44,089 nucleotides of DNA from a virus. Of the stretch, positions 34,836-43,157 are shown piece by piece. A model generated the notes under the pieces. The model was not told the origin of the DNA, ran no database searches, and saw only the letters and a list, made by a program, of their open reading frames with translations. Each line of letters starts with the position of its first letter. Position 1 is the stretch's first letter. The position numbers and the translations under genes are program-made. The stretch lies in IMG/VR virus record IMGVR_UViG_3300017694_000005, positions 1-44,089 of that record. The stretch is one strand, 5' to 3'.

Positions 34836-35119
34836 CCTTGCTGCAAGACTTCCTCACCGACTGGCTGGCGTGGGCTGTAACGGGAGAAGACCCCGGCAAG
34901 CGGGGCTACACTGGCGAGTACGGTCTATGTGACGCCGCCGACAAGTACGAGGTAGCAGAGGACTTGGATTACGGCGAGGTTTACGACCTCTTGCAGGCCG
35001 AGTTTAAGGCCGATGGTCTCGCTGGCGACTATCCTTTCGGAGTGGACGAGTACGACAGTTCGTCCGAACTTCACACGCAGCCCGAGCGGCTCGATTGGGT
35101 AAGGAGCAAGCTGGCATGA
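34832..35119 (+). CDS. Highly acidic small protein (95 aa).
   Basis: ATGA coupling. By my count, 22 Asp/Glu against about 7 Lys/Arg. Confidence 0.65.
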   Translation: MTLLQDFLTDWLAWAVTGEDPGKRGYTGEYGLCDAADKYEVAEDLDYGEVYDLLQAEFKADGLAGDYPFGVDEYDSSSELHTQPERLDWVRSKLA

Positions 35120-35325
35120 ACCGCATCCCTGTGATGGACCCGCCCGTAGGTGGTCCTTCCCCACTCCTCGCCGTGTCTCATAGGTTCGACCTGTTGCGGG
35201 CCGATCTTATGGACAAGCAGGCTTACGTAAAGACGCTGGAAGCAGAGCTTGAAGCGGCGCGAACTGAACGAAACGTGGCGCAGAACAGTATGTCCGACTA
35301 CCTTCGGGAGCAGGGCGTACTCTAA
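35116..35325 (+). CDS. Small coiled-coil-like protein (69 aa).
   Basis: ATG 9 nt after AAGGAG, with an ATGA overlap. Confidence 0.55.
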   Translation: MNRIPVMDPPVGGPSPLLAVSHRFDLLRADLMDKQAYVKTLEAELEAARTERNVAQNSMSDYLREQGVL

Positions 35326-35338
35326 GTGCTGACTAGAT

Positions 35339-35445
35339 AGGGATGCGTGGTGTAGTAGTTCCACACCGATTGCAACGGAGACGCAAGTGCAAGTCTTGCC
35401 GCATCCCTAACTTGTCCGCATGGACAGCATAGCAATGGTGCTATG
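35339..35445 (+). other. Cluster of RNA/DNA hairpins in a 146-nt intergenic spacer.
   Basis: 9-bp closing stem 35339-47/35400-08 enclosing hairpins 35349-67 and 35383-99. Further hairpins at 35413-26 and 35428-45. Confidence 0.5.
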
Positions 35446-35470
35446 ACAGCAACACAAGGACGAGACTACT

Positions 35471-35884
35471 ATGGCTAAGACCCTCATTGAGCGCCTGACT
35501 GCTGCCCGCGAACTGGTTGCCAAGCTGGAAACCGCGATCAAGTCGAATACGATCATCAACAACGTGGCCGAGGGCGACGAGGTGGTTATCAAGTTCGGCC
35601 GCGCCGACAAGGTGCGCAACATCAGCGGCAAGGTCGTCGGCGTGAAGGTGGATGACGAAGGCGGCAAGACCGTTGCCGTTCTCTCGGAGGACTTCAAGAC
35701 CTACACCGTCGCCGCCCGCGATATTGTCGAGAACGCTTCGGCGGTGAACCGCGATCCGGGTTCCGAGGTGGCCGATGCCCCGGCAGAAGACACGCTGGCC
35801 CAGCCCGACGAAATCGAGCGTTTCGTCAACGAGGGCGGCTCGACTGCGGTGGAGGCGAGCGAAGACCCGCTTTCGCAGGCTTAA
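35471..35884 (+). CDS. Hypothetical protein with an acidic C-terminal tail (137 aa).
   Basis: ORF with an AAGGA RBS. No motif recognised. Confidence 0.7.
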   Translation: MAKTLIERLTAARELVAKLETAIKSNTIINNVAEGDEVVIKFGRADKVRNISGKVVGVKVDDEGGKTVAVLSEDFKTYTVAARDIVENASAVNRDPGSEVADAPAEDTLAQPDEIERFVNEGGSTAVEASEDPLSQA

Positions 35885-35887
35885 TCT

Positions 35888-35933
35888 GCTAGCCTTCGGG
35901 CTGGCCGCAACGGGGAGGGCTTCGGCCCTCTCC
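35888..35933 (+). other. Two tandem GC-rich hairpins, each capped by a TTCG (UUCG) tetraloop. No U-tract follows.
   Basis: Stems at 35888-94/35899-905 and 35912-20/35925-33. Confidence 0.6.
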
Positions 35934-35975
35934 CACTACCCGACCTGAGTTTGCACTTTCGACACGAGGATACTC

Positions 35976-36230
35976 ATGACCCTTTCCGAACTTACCCGCC
36001 GCCTGATCGCCTTCGTCATCGCTGCGCACTGCAAGGCGCTGGACCGCGACTGCAAGAAGGCAGATGCTAGCGCCGAGCGGGCAAAGCGGCAGCACTTCCA
36101 AGCAATCGCCGTTGCCGACCAAGCGTACGAGAACGAGGCAGTAGCGGAGCGGCAGGCCACCGACGCCAAGCAGCGGGCCGCAGAAATCGCAGCGAACGCT
36201 GTCGCAGAACGGAGCAAGTATGGCTACTGA
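35976..36230 (+). CDS. Hypothetical helical protein (84 aa).
   Basis: ATG after GAGGA. Confidence 0.6.
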   Translation: MTLSELTRRLIAFVIAAHCKALDRDCKKADASAERAKRQHFQAIAVADQAYENEAVAERQATDAKQRAAEIAANAVAERSKYGY

Positions 36231-36861
36231 GTTCAAGAATATTCCCGATACGTGGGCAAGTCTCCTGCGTATCGTGGGCACTCACTGGTTGCCTATGGTG
36301 GCCGGTGGCTGTCTTCGGGACGCTTACCTAGACTTGCCCGCCAAGGACGTGGACATTTTTGTCCCAGCCCATAGTGACGAAGACTTCTACAGCATTATCG
36401 ACAGCCTGCCCAGCGCGCTCGTCGAGGGGGAAATCATCTGGATCGGCACGGCCTACATCGAGACCGAGCGGAGCCATAAGTTCACGGGAGCCAATCCCGG
36501 CGCATACGGCAAGGACGAAGCCGCACCCGATCTGGTCGGTGTGTGGGAAGGCGAGATTTGCGGCGTTCCTGTCAACATCATCGCTCGTGAGAGCTTGTGC
36601 GAGCACTTTGCAGGCGAGCCTTTCGGCTCTCGTGCATTGCGTCTGCTCGACACGTTCGACTTCGACATTTTGCAGAACGCCTACGGGGCGGGACAGGGCG
36701 AATACTTCCGTACGCCGGAAAGTCGTGCCGCTGTTCGCAATAAGGTTGCCACTCTGCGGCATGATCGAAGCTACCAGCAGAGCCTCGCACGCTTTGCCAA
36801 GTTCAACCAACGCAATCCCGGCGTACTCGCGCTGAACGATCCTTTCAAGGGAGAACTGTAA
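36220..36861 (+). CDS. Pol-beta-superfamily nucleotidyltransferase with the head motif of tRNA CCA-adding enzyme / poly(A) polymerase.
   Basis: 213 aa. VAGGCLRDAYLDLPAKDVDIFV matches the GGxVRDxLLGxxxxDxDi signature. Confidence 0.75.
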   Translation: MATEFKNIPDTWASLLRIVGTHWLPMVAGGCLRDAYLDLPAKDVDIFVPAHSDEDFYSIIDSLPSALVEGEIIWIGTAYIETERSHKFTGANPGAYGKDEAAPDLVGVWEGEICGVPVNIIARESLCEHFAGEPFGSRALRLLDTFDFDILQNAYGAGQGEYFRTPESRAAVRNKVATLRHDRSYQQSLARFAKFNQRNPGVLALNDPFKGEL

Positions 36862-37184
36862 TGGGCAATTGGCCTCTCGTTGGGCTTATCGCGCTGGCTG
36901 TTCCAGTCGGTATCCTCTACATCGTGAGCAGCCACTGCAATCCTCCCGAAGACAACGGGGTGGCAGAGGAAGACCACGACACCGAGTTCTTGAACGACCA
37001 CTACACAAGGCTGGCGGGACACCCGACTACCTTGGACGTAATCAAGGATCGGCACGGAACCTACTGGGACTGCATTATCGACTACGAGGACGGAACCTTC
37101 GGCCTCGGCATGGGCGATACGCCTTGGGACGCTTACCGCGATGCCCAAGACGGCGACCCGTATCTCGGACAGGTGACAGCATGA
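36861..37184 (+). CDS. Hypothetical protein with an N-terminal TM anchor (107 aa).
   Basis: TAATG overlap. N-terminus WPLVGLIALAVPVGILYIV. Confidence 0.6.
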   Translation: MGNWPLVGLIALAVPVGILYIVSSHCNPPEDNGVAEEDHDTEFLNDHYTRLAGHPTTLDVIKDRHGTYWDCIIDYEDGTFGLGMGDTPWDAYRDAQDGDPYLGQVTA

Positions 37185-37474
37185 GCATCATCGTTGCCCG
37201 CGAGCGGCTTACCAAGCTCGCCAAGGACTTGAAGACGCAGGCTTGCGGCCCCCGGTTCGCTGCCATGATGATCGACAAGATCGTCGATGAAGAAATGTTC
37301 CGGGCTGTCCCGGTGCGCCGTGCGCCTCGCAAGATCGCCCCACTCACCGATGCGCAGATACTGCAAATTCGGGCAATCGCTGCTCAGGACGAGACCTTGA
37401 GCCAGCTTGAGATTGCCAATCGAGTGGGCACCAATCCGGGCCGGGTATCGGAAGTTCTAAACGGGAAGGTGTAA
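37181..37474 (+). CDS. Putative HTH DNA-binding protein (97 aa).
   Basis: ATGA overlap. The C-terminus LSQLEIANRVGTNPGRVSEVLNGK looks like a helix-turn-helix. Confidence 0.6.
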   Translation: MSIIVARERLTKLAKDLKTQACGPRFAAMMIDKIVDEEMFRAVPVRRAPRKIAPLTDAQILQIRAIAAQDETLSQLEIANRVGTNPGRVSEVLNGKV

Positions 37475-37507
37475 GCCTATGGAACATGACAGCGGAGCAG
37501 ATAGCTG

Positions 37508-37651
37508 ATGGACTACAAGGACTGGAACGAGAAGAAGGAGGAGCAGGCCGACGATCTTCGCAAGAAGGCGGCAGCTAAGCAGGGCCTCGCTGACACTCCC
37601 GAGGAGCAGCGCAAGCTGCAAGACGAAGACAAGAAGGACAATAGCGAATGA
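37508..37651 (+). CDS. Small highly charged protein (47 aa).
   Basis: ATG 10 nt after GGAG. Its stop overlaps the primase ATG (ATGA). Confidence 0.4.
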   Translation: MDYKDWNEKKEEQADDLRKKAAAKQGLADTPEEQRKLQDEDKKDNSE

Positions 37652-38730
37652 TCGCCTTGTTGCTCATTGCGTACTTGGTGATCGGCCTGCTGGTCGCCAA
37701 GGCGTTTGTTTACTTCGATGGGCCGGATGCCGAAAGCCCCGGCATCGCCATGTTCTTTTGCCTCTTTCTCTGGCCTATCATGGTGCTGCTGGAGCTATCG
37801 GCTTCTTCTTCGGCTTCATGGGATGGCTGGGCCGAAAGGTTGGCTTCAAGCAACGGCCCGACAACGGCGGCGTTTGGTAAGGATACTGCGATGATTGATC
37901 CCGCTGACTGGCTTGAGCTTGCGAAGGCCCTGCCTGTTGGCGGGAAGTCATCGCACGTTCACAACTGCGGCTCCGGCCGCAAGCTCTTGGTAGAGCATAA
38001 GCCCAATGGCTACGCTGCGTGGTGCTACCGCTGCGGCGAGCCGGGGTTTGTTCCCAAGGCTAGGCCACCGCTGGCCGAGCGCATCGCTGCGCTGAAAGAG
38101 CGACGAGATATTGACCAGAAAGCGGTGCTTACCATTAAGCCTCCGCTGCCTGCCGTGTTCGATCCTCGCGAGTGGCCCTTAGAGGCCCGCGTCTGGCTGT
38201 ATAAGGCCGGGTTCGATAACGACTGGATTGAGGACATTGGCTTCTACTGGCACGAGCGGCTCAAGCGGGTTGTCATGCCCGTACTCTCCGACCTGAACAA
38301 GCTAGTGTTCTGGCAAGCTAGGGGCTTCGATCCAGCCTTTGCCAAGTACCTCAGCCCAGAGCTAGGTGCAGACCAGCACAAGCCCATCTACAAGGCCGAG
38401 CCGGTGCGCCCGGTTGAGCGGGACGCCTCAGTCCTGTGCCTCACCGAGGACATTCTAAGCGCCAACAAGGTGGGTCAGGTCGTGACCGGGTGGTCTCTGC
38501 TGGGCACCAAGCTGAACGCGCTGAGCGAGGCTGAGATTGCCAAATTCGGGGCATCCAAGGTGCTAGTCTGGCTCGATCCAGACGAGGCCGGGGTGTCCGG
38601 TCGCCGTAAGATAGTTCCGCAACTGCGTGCTAGGGGTATCGACGCTAAGGCGGTTCGTGCCGACCTTGACCCGAAGCTCTACCCACTAGAAGACATAAGG
38701 AGGAAATTGCTTGTCCACAGTGCAACCTAA
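37648..38730 (+). CDS. DNA primase (zinc-binding plus TOPRIM). An internal alternative start lies at 37891.
   Basis: Motifs: HVHNCGSG...WCYRCGEPG, LTEDILSANKV, VWLDPDEAG. The first 81 codons are hydrophobic. Confidence 0.85.
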   Translation: MIALLLIAYLVIGLLVAKAFVYFDGPDAESPGIAMFFCLFLWPIMVLLELSASSSASWDGWAERLASSNGPTTAAFGKDTAMIDPADWLELAKALPVGGKSSHVHNCGSGRKLLVEHKPNGYAAWCYRCGEPGFVPKARPPLAERIAALKERRDIDQKAVLTIKPPLPAVFDPREWPLEARVWLYKAGFDNDWIEDIGFYWHERLKRVVMPVLSDLNKLVFWQARGFDPAFAKYLSPELGADQHKPIYKAEPVRPVERDASVLCLTEDILSANKVGQVVTGWSLLGTKLNALSEAEIAKFGASKVLVWLDPDEAGVSGRRKIVPQLRARGIDAKAVRADLDPKLYPLEDIRRKLLVHSAT

Positions 38731-38860
38731 GCAGCCTCGCTGCAAGTGCGGAAGGGGCCGCGTATCTGCTCGTGACGGTAAGTGTGGTTACTGCCGAACC
38801 AAGAAAGAGCGCGAAGCCTTGAACCGCCAATATCAACAGGAGGCACAAATTGTCACTTGA
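38711..38860 (+). CDS. Small zinc-ribbon-like protein (49 aa) bridging the primase and helicase genes in a third frame.
   Basis: TTG 7 nt after AAGGAGG. Cys pattern CKC-x11-CGYC. Confidence 0.45.
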   Translation: MSTVQPKQPRCKCGRGRVSARDGKCGYCRTKKEREALNRQYQQEAQIVT

Positions 38861-40181
38861 CACCACCGTCCTACGTATCCTGAATACTCGGGAGAAGTAC
38901 GACAAGATGATCCGTGCAGTGCCGAAGACGGCGCTGGGCGAGGTCTCGCAGGTATTGCTTGACGACTTCGGCAAGTTCTACCGCCAGTTCCCCGATGCGC
39001 CGGGTATTACTGAGGACGCCTTCCGCACTTGGTTCCGTGCCTTTGGGCATCCCAAGCTATCGGCCGAACAGTTTGCCCGTTACGATGCGGTCATCAAGAC
39101 CATATCGCAGCCCGCCCCGCCCGAGCTTGAGGAGGGGTTCGCGCAACGCCTGCTTGCTGCGGATACGGCGAGCAAACTGGCGGACCTACTGGAACGCTAC
39201 AACGAAGGCGAGGAGATAGACCTTGGCGCATCGCTCCGCAGCACTGTCGATCAGTACGAGCTTGACAGCAATCGTAAGGTCAAGACCCCTTGGGTACGTG
39301 ACCACATCAACGACTTGCTCGAAGATGACGCACTGGACCGAGGGTTTCATTGGCGACAGCCTGGAATTAACGCGGTCATGCGGCCCCTTATCTCGGGAGA
39401 CTTCGGCATTATCGCTGCTCGGCCTGACGTGGGGAAGACTTCCTTCCTTACTGACAACCTCACGCATTTCGCAGGCCAGATGCGGGAAGTCTATGAAGAC
39501 GGCGATACTCGCAACATTCTTTGGTTCAACAACGAAGGGCCGGGACGCCGGATCAAGAAGCGTCTCTATCAGTCGGCGTTGGATGCCCAATACAGCGACC
39601 TGCTCAAGCTGCAACAGCAGGGCAAGCTCGTTGACGCTTACGCCGAGAGCTTAGGCGGCGACGAAGACCGTATCCGCATCTTTGATATTCACGACTTCTG
39701 GAACTACGAGGTCGAGGATATTATCAAGCAACATAACCCCGGCATGGTTGTGTTCGATATGCTTGACAACATCAAGTTCGGAGGCGGCGTCAATAACAAT
39801 GGCCAGCGTACAGATCAGCTTCTTGAGGCGATGTACCAGTGGGGTCGCGTCCTCGCAGTCAAGCACGATTGTGTCGTACTGGCCACCTCTCAGATTTCAG
39901 CAGAAGGTGAGAACCTTGCTTGGCCTACGCTGTCCATGCTTAAGGATAGTAAGACTGGCAAACAGGGTGCTGCTGATTTTATCATGACCATCGGCTTCCA
40001 GAACGGCCAGCCCGATGAACGCTACCTTGGCCTGACCAAGAACAAGCTCAACCGCGAGGGTGGGCCTAAGCAACTCAAGCTAGAGACCGTGTTCGATGGT
40101 GGCCGTGGCCGCTATCGTGAACGGCCTAGCGCCCTTGAAACCGCCTCAGACGAGGCCAGCAGCGATCCTACGGAGAGCTAA
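38850..40181 (+). CDS. DnaB-like replicative DNA helicase.
   Basis: 443 aa with a TTG start 9 nt after AGGAGG. Walker A GIIAARPDVGKTSF and Walker B-like VVFDMLDNI. Confidence 0.9.
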   Translation: MSLDTTVLRILNTREKYDKMIRAVPKTALGEVSQVLLDDFGKFYRQFPDAPGITEDAFRTWFRAFGHPKLSAEQFARYDAVIKTISQPAPPELEEGFAQRLLAADTASKLADLLERYNEGEEIDLGASLRSTVDQYELDSNRKVKTPWVRDHINDLLEDDALDRGFHWRQPGINAVMRPLISGDFGIIAARPDVGKTSFLTDNLTHFAGQMREVYEDGDTRNILWFNNEGPGRRIKKRLYQSALDAQYSDLLKLQQQGKLVDAYAESLGGDEDRIRIFDIHDFWNYEVEDIIKQHNPGMVVFDMLDNIKFGGGVNNNGQRTDQLLEAMYQWGRVLAVKHDCVVLATSQISAEGENLAWPTLSMLKDSKTGKQGAADFIMTIGFQNGQPDERYLGLTKNKLNREGGPKQLKLETVFDGGRGRYRERPSALETASDEASSDPTES

Positions 40182-40182
40182 T

Positions 40183-40347
40183 ATGTGGCTAAGCTGGATT
40201 GTAGAACAATACACTAAGCGGGCGTTTCGGCGTCCGCAGCCTTTTAAGGTCAATGTCGTGTGTCGTACGGCAGATGGCCGGGAGTTCGTGCCTTTCAGCA
40301 TCGAGTGGAAAGACGCTACCTTAATTCTTTGTGAGAACGAAGAATGA
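40183..40347 (+). CDS. Small hypothetical protein (54 aa).
   Basis: ATG 1 nt after the helicase stop, with a GGAGAG RBS. Confidence 0.5.
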   Translation: MWLSWIVEQYTKRAFRRPQPFKVNVVCRTADGREFVPFSIEWKDATLILCENEE

Positions 40348-40517
40348 CAGTCGAGATAATGTGGGTGTCCAATAACGGACAACGGTGGACTAACCGCTAC
40401 CGCAACATCAAATCCATGAAGCACAGCGAGGACGGCAAGCGCATCAGTCTTATCCATGAGGGTGGGACTGAGACCTTGCTGTTCACTTACTGGATGCTTA
40501 GCGTAAGCGAGGTATGA
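40344..40517 (+). CDS. Small hypothetical protein (57 aa).
   Basis: ATGA overlaps at both ends. Below the ORF-track cut-off. Confidence 0.5.
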   Translation: MTVEIMWVSNNGQRWTNRYRNIKSMKHSEDGKRISLIHEGGTETLLFTYWMLSVSEV

Positions 40518-40846
40518 CTTTCGAGGAGGAACAGACCCGTACGGCCAAGTGGATGGGATACCAGTCTCGGGACGATATGAACCGTGACCACGACCCACTC
40601 CACAGGTCGCTAGCGGCTTGGCTCCGGGTGCCTAGTCCCGCTCTGCGGGAGGCGCGCGGCGAGAAGCTCGACCTCATGGACACGCATCTTGCCCAACTGG
40701 AAGAGACCGCCGTGCTGCACTTGCAGCGTTACATTCAGCACCTAGGAGGCGTCTATGAACTCGCCCCGGCCTTTCGGCCCCATAGTAACAATCGACCTAG
40801 AGACAACGACGAAGCGTTCCTTCAAGAGACTAGCCAACCCGTTTGA
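40514..40846 (+). CDS. Hypothetical protein (110 aa). Its 3' end overlaps the DNA polymerase gene by 92 nt.
   Basis: ATGA coupling to the upstream ORF. No motif recognised. Confidence 0.5.
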   Translation: MTFEEEQTRTAKWMGYQSRDDMNRDHDPLHRSLAAWLRVPSPALREARGEKLDLMDTHLAQLEETAVLHLQRYIQHLGGVYELAPAFRPHSNNRPRDNDEAFLQETSQPV

Positions 40847-43157
40847 TCCTGACAACAAGATTGTCTACGTCGGCTGGGCCATTGGCGACGAGCTTCCTCG
40901 TATGCAGCGGTTCGGCGTCAAGGATATGCCACCCGGCTGGTTTGCTGGCCTGCTGCGCAAGTATTGGCCTCGCCTGCTTGTAGGGCAGAACATAAAGTTC
41001 GACATTCTCTACCTGATCCGCAACCCCATCGACTACGCTGCTTACATGGAGTGGGTCGCTGCTGGCGGCAACGTATGGGATGACCAGCTTGCCGAGTACC
41101 TGCTTAACGGCATGACGCAGGCCGACCAGATGCTGAGTATGGACGAAATGGCTCCGCGTTATGGCGGCAACGTCAAGTTCGACGAGGTTAAGGCGCTTTG
41201 GCAGGCCGGTGTGCAGACTGAGGATATTGACCCCGGCTTGATGGGTCGCTACCTCATTGGCGAGGAAGTCGATGGCGTCTGGCAGGATGGCGACATAGGC
41301 AACACCCGGCTGATCTTCAAGGGTCAGCTTGAGCGTGCCCGTGCTGCTGGACAGGTAAAGTCGATCCTAATGAATATGGGGTCGCTGCTCTGCACCATCG
41401 AAATGGAAAAGAACGGCATGGCCGTAGACAAGGCTAAGGGCCGCGAGTTGGCTGCTGACCTTGAGGGCCAGATCGCTATGCTCGTCGCTGAGCTTGTCGA
41501 TTACCTGCCGGAAGACTTGCCGTTCGACTTCAACTGGGGCAGCGCCGCACAGAAGTCGGCTCTGATCTTTGGCGGCAGCGTCAAGTACCAGAAGTGGGCA
41601 CCGCATCTGGACGAGAACGGTCAGATGCAGTACGCCATGAAGGACGAGCTTCACGTTGTAATGGATGACGGCACGACAATGCCGTATAACCAGCACGCCC
41701 TTGACAATTACTCCGGCCCCGCTTCTCCGATCCGGTACAAGGCGGGCAAGAACGCCGGAGAGCTTAAGACCAAGAAGGTCAAGGTTCCCAACTTCGACAA
41801 GCCGAAGGGCGCGCAGAAGGACTTCTACTATGAGTTCCCCGGCTTCACCAAGCCTAGTGACAAGTGGAAGACAGCGACACCGGGCCAGTACCAGACCGGC
41901 GCGGAGGTTATCGCTGAGCTAGGCAACCGGGACATTCCGTTCCTTAAGGCCCTGTCCAAGCGTACTGCTCTGGCCAAGGACTTGACGACCTACTACATCA
42001 CTGTCAACGACAAGGGTGAAGAGGTCGGGATGCTGACGCTGGTGCAGGCTGATGGCATCATCCATCACATGCTGAACCACACCAGAACAGTGACGGCGAG
42101 GTTCTCCTCGTCTAACCCCAACTTGCAGAACCTGCCCAAGGGCAACAAGTCGGACGTGAAGACGATCTTTGTTAGCCGGTTCGAGGGCGGCAAGATCATC
42201 CAGTCAGACTTTAGCTCGCTGGAAGTTTATGTGCAGGCCATCCTAACCAAGTGTCAGAACCTTATCGCTGATCTACTCGGCGGCTTGGATATGCACTGTA
42301 TGCGGGTGAGCCAGAAGGAGGGCATCAGCTACGAGGAGGCGCTGTATCGCTGCAAGGACGAAAGCTACGAACACCACAAGGAGTGGGACACTAAGCGTAC
42401 TAAGGCTAAGATATTCTCCTTCCAGCGTGCATACGGTGCAGGAGCGGCTAAGATTAGCGAGAGCGCAAAAATCCCTCTCGAAGAAGTCGAAGCCCTGATC
42501 GAGGCCGAAGCCAAACGGTATCCCGAAATCGAGAGGTTCAACAACAGCTTGATCGAGCATCTGGAAGACACCGCTAAGGACAGCGGCTTCTTCTGCCAGC
42601 ACCCTGATCTTCCGGGTGTCACCTGCAATCTCAAGACTGCAACGTGGCGCGCTCCCGATAACAAGGTGTACGCATGGCGGCAGTCTCCTGCTCCCAAGTG
42701 GCTGGCCGAGCGGCCTGCTAGCAAGGGCGGGCGCATCCAGAGCTTCTCGCCTACAGAGGTCAAGAACTACCCAGTTCAGGGCACTGGCGGTGAGTGGGCC
42801 AAGGCTGCGATGTGGCTCTGCATCCGTGAGTTCTACCGATACGAGAACTTCGGTGGCGCTGGCCTTCTGGTCAATCAGGTCCATGACGCTCTCTACGGCG
42901 ACAGTAAGGCCGAGGTTGCTATGGAAGTGGCTTCCGTCATCCATGCCTGCATGGAAGAGGCCAGCGCCTTCATGGAGTTCTACTTCGGTTGGGAGGTTCC
43001 AGTTCCTGTGCCTAGCGACACCACTTACGGTGACAGCATGGCATCCTCAGACAAGTTTGGAGACGGCTTCAAGGAGTGTGTTACCCACCAGCGGAAGGTT
43101 GTCCGCAGTATCTACATGAACGACTACCAGATGATTATTGAAAGGAAAGCTGCATGA
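40755..43157 (+). CDS. Family A DNA polymerase with a 3'-5' exonuclease domain.
   Basis: 800 aa, ATG 5 nt after AGGAGG. Motifs: exo I IVTIDLETT; pol motifs RFSSSNPNLQNLPK, KAKIFSFQRAYGAG, LVNQVHDAL. Confidence 0.95.
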   Translation: MNSPRPFGPIVTIDLETTTKRSFKRLANPFDPDNKIVYVGWAIGDELPRMQRFGVKDMPPGWFAGLLRKYWPRLLVGQNIKFDILYLIRNPIDYAAYMEWVAAGGNVWDDQLAEYLLNGMTQADQMLSMDEMAPRYGGNVKFDEVKALWQAGVQTEDIDPGLMGRYLIGEEVDGVWQDGDIGNTRLIFKGQLERARAAGQVKSILMNMGSLLCTIEMEKNGMAVDKAKGRELAADLEGQIAMLVAELVDYLPEDLPFDFNWGSAAQKSALIFGGSVKYQKWAPHLDENGQMQYAMKDELHVVMDDGTTMPYNQHALDNYSGPASPIRYKAGKNAGELKTKKVKVPNFDKPKGAQKDFYYEFPGFTKPSDKWKTATPGQYQTGAEVIAELGNRDIPFLKALSKRTALAKDLTTYYITVNDKGEEVGMLTLVQADGIIHHMLNHTRTVTARFSSSNPNLQNLPKGNKSDVKTIFVSRFEGGKIIQSDFSSLEVYVQAILTKCQNLIADLLGGLDMHCMRVSQKEGISYEEALYRCKDESYEHHKEWDTKRTKAKIFSFQRAYGAGAAKISESAKIPLEEVEALIEAEAKRYPEIERFNNSLIEHLEDTAKDSGFFCQHPDLPGVTCNLKTATWRAPDNKVYAWRQSPAPKWLAERPASKGGRIQSFSPTEVKNYPVQGTGGEWAKAAMWLCIREFYRYENFGGAGLLVNQVHDALYGDSKAEVAMEVASVIHACMEEASAFMEFYFGWEVPVPVPSDTTYGDSMASSDKFGDGFKECVTHQRKVVRSIYMNDYQMIIERKAA

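Noticed and set aside
35339-35408. A 70-nt cloverleaf-like fold that looked like a tRNA.
   Set aside because: No T-arm can form next to the acceptor stem, and there is no GTTCRA T-loop. Position 33 of the putative anticodon loop is C, the anticodon stem has a mismatch, and the reverse complement does not fit either. I treat it as a generic structured spacer.
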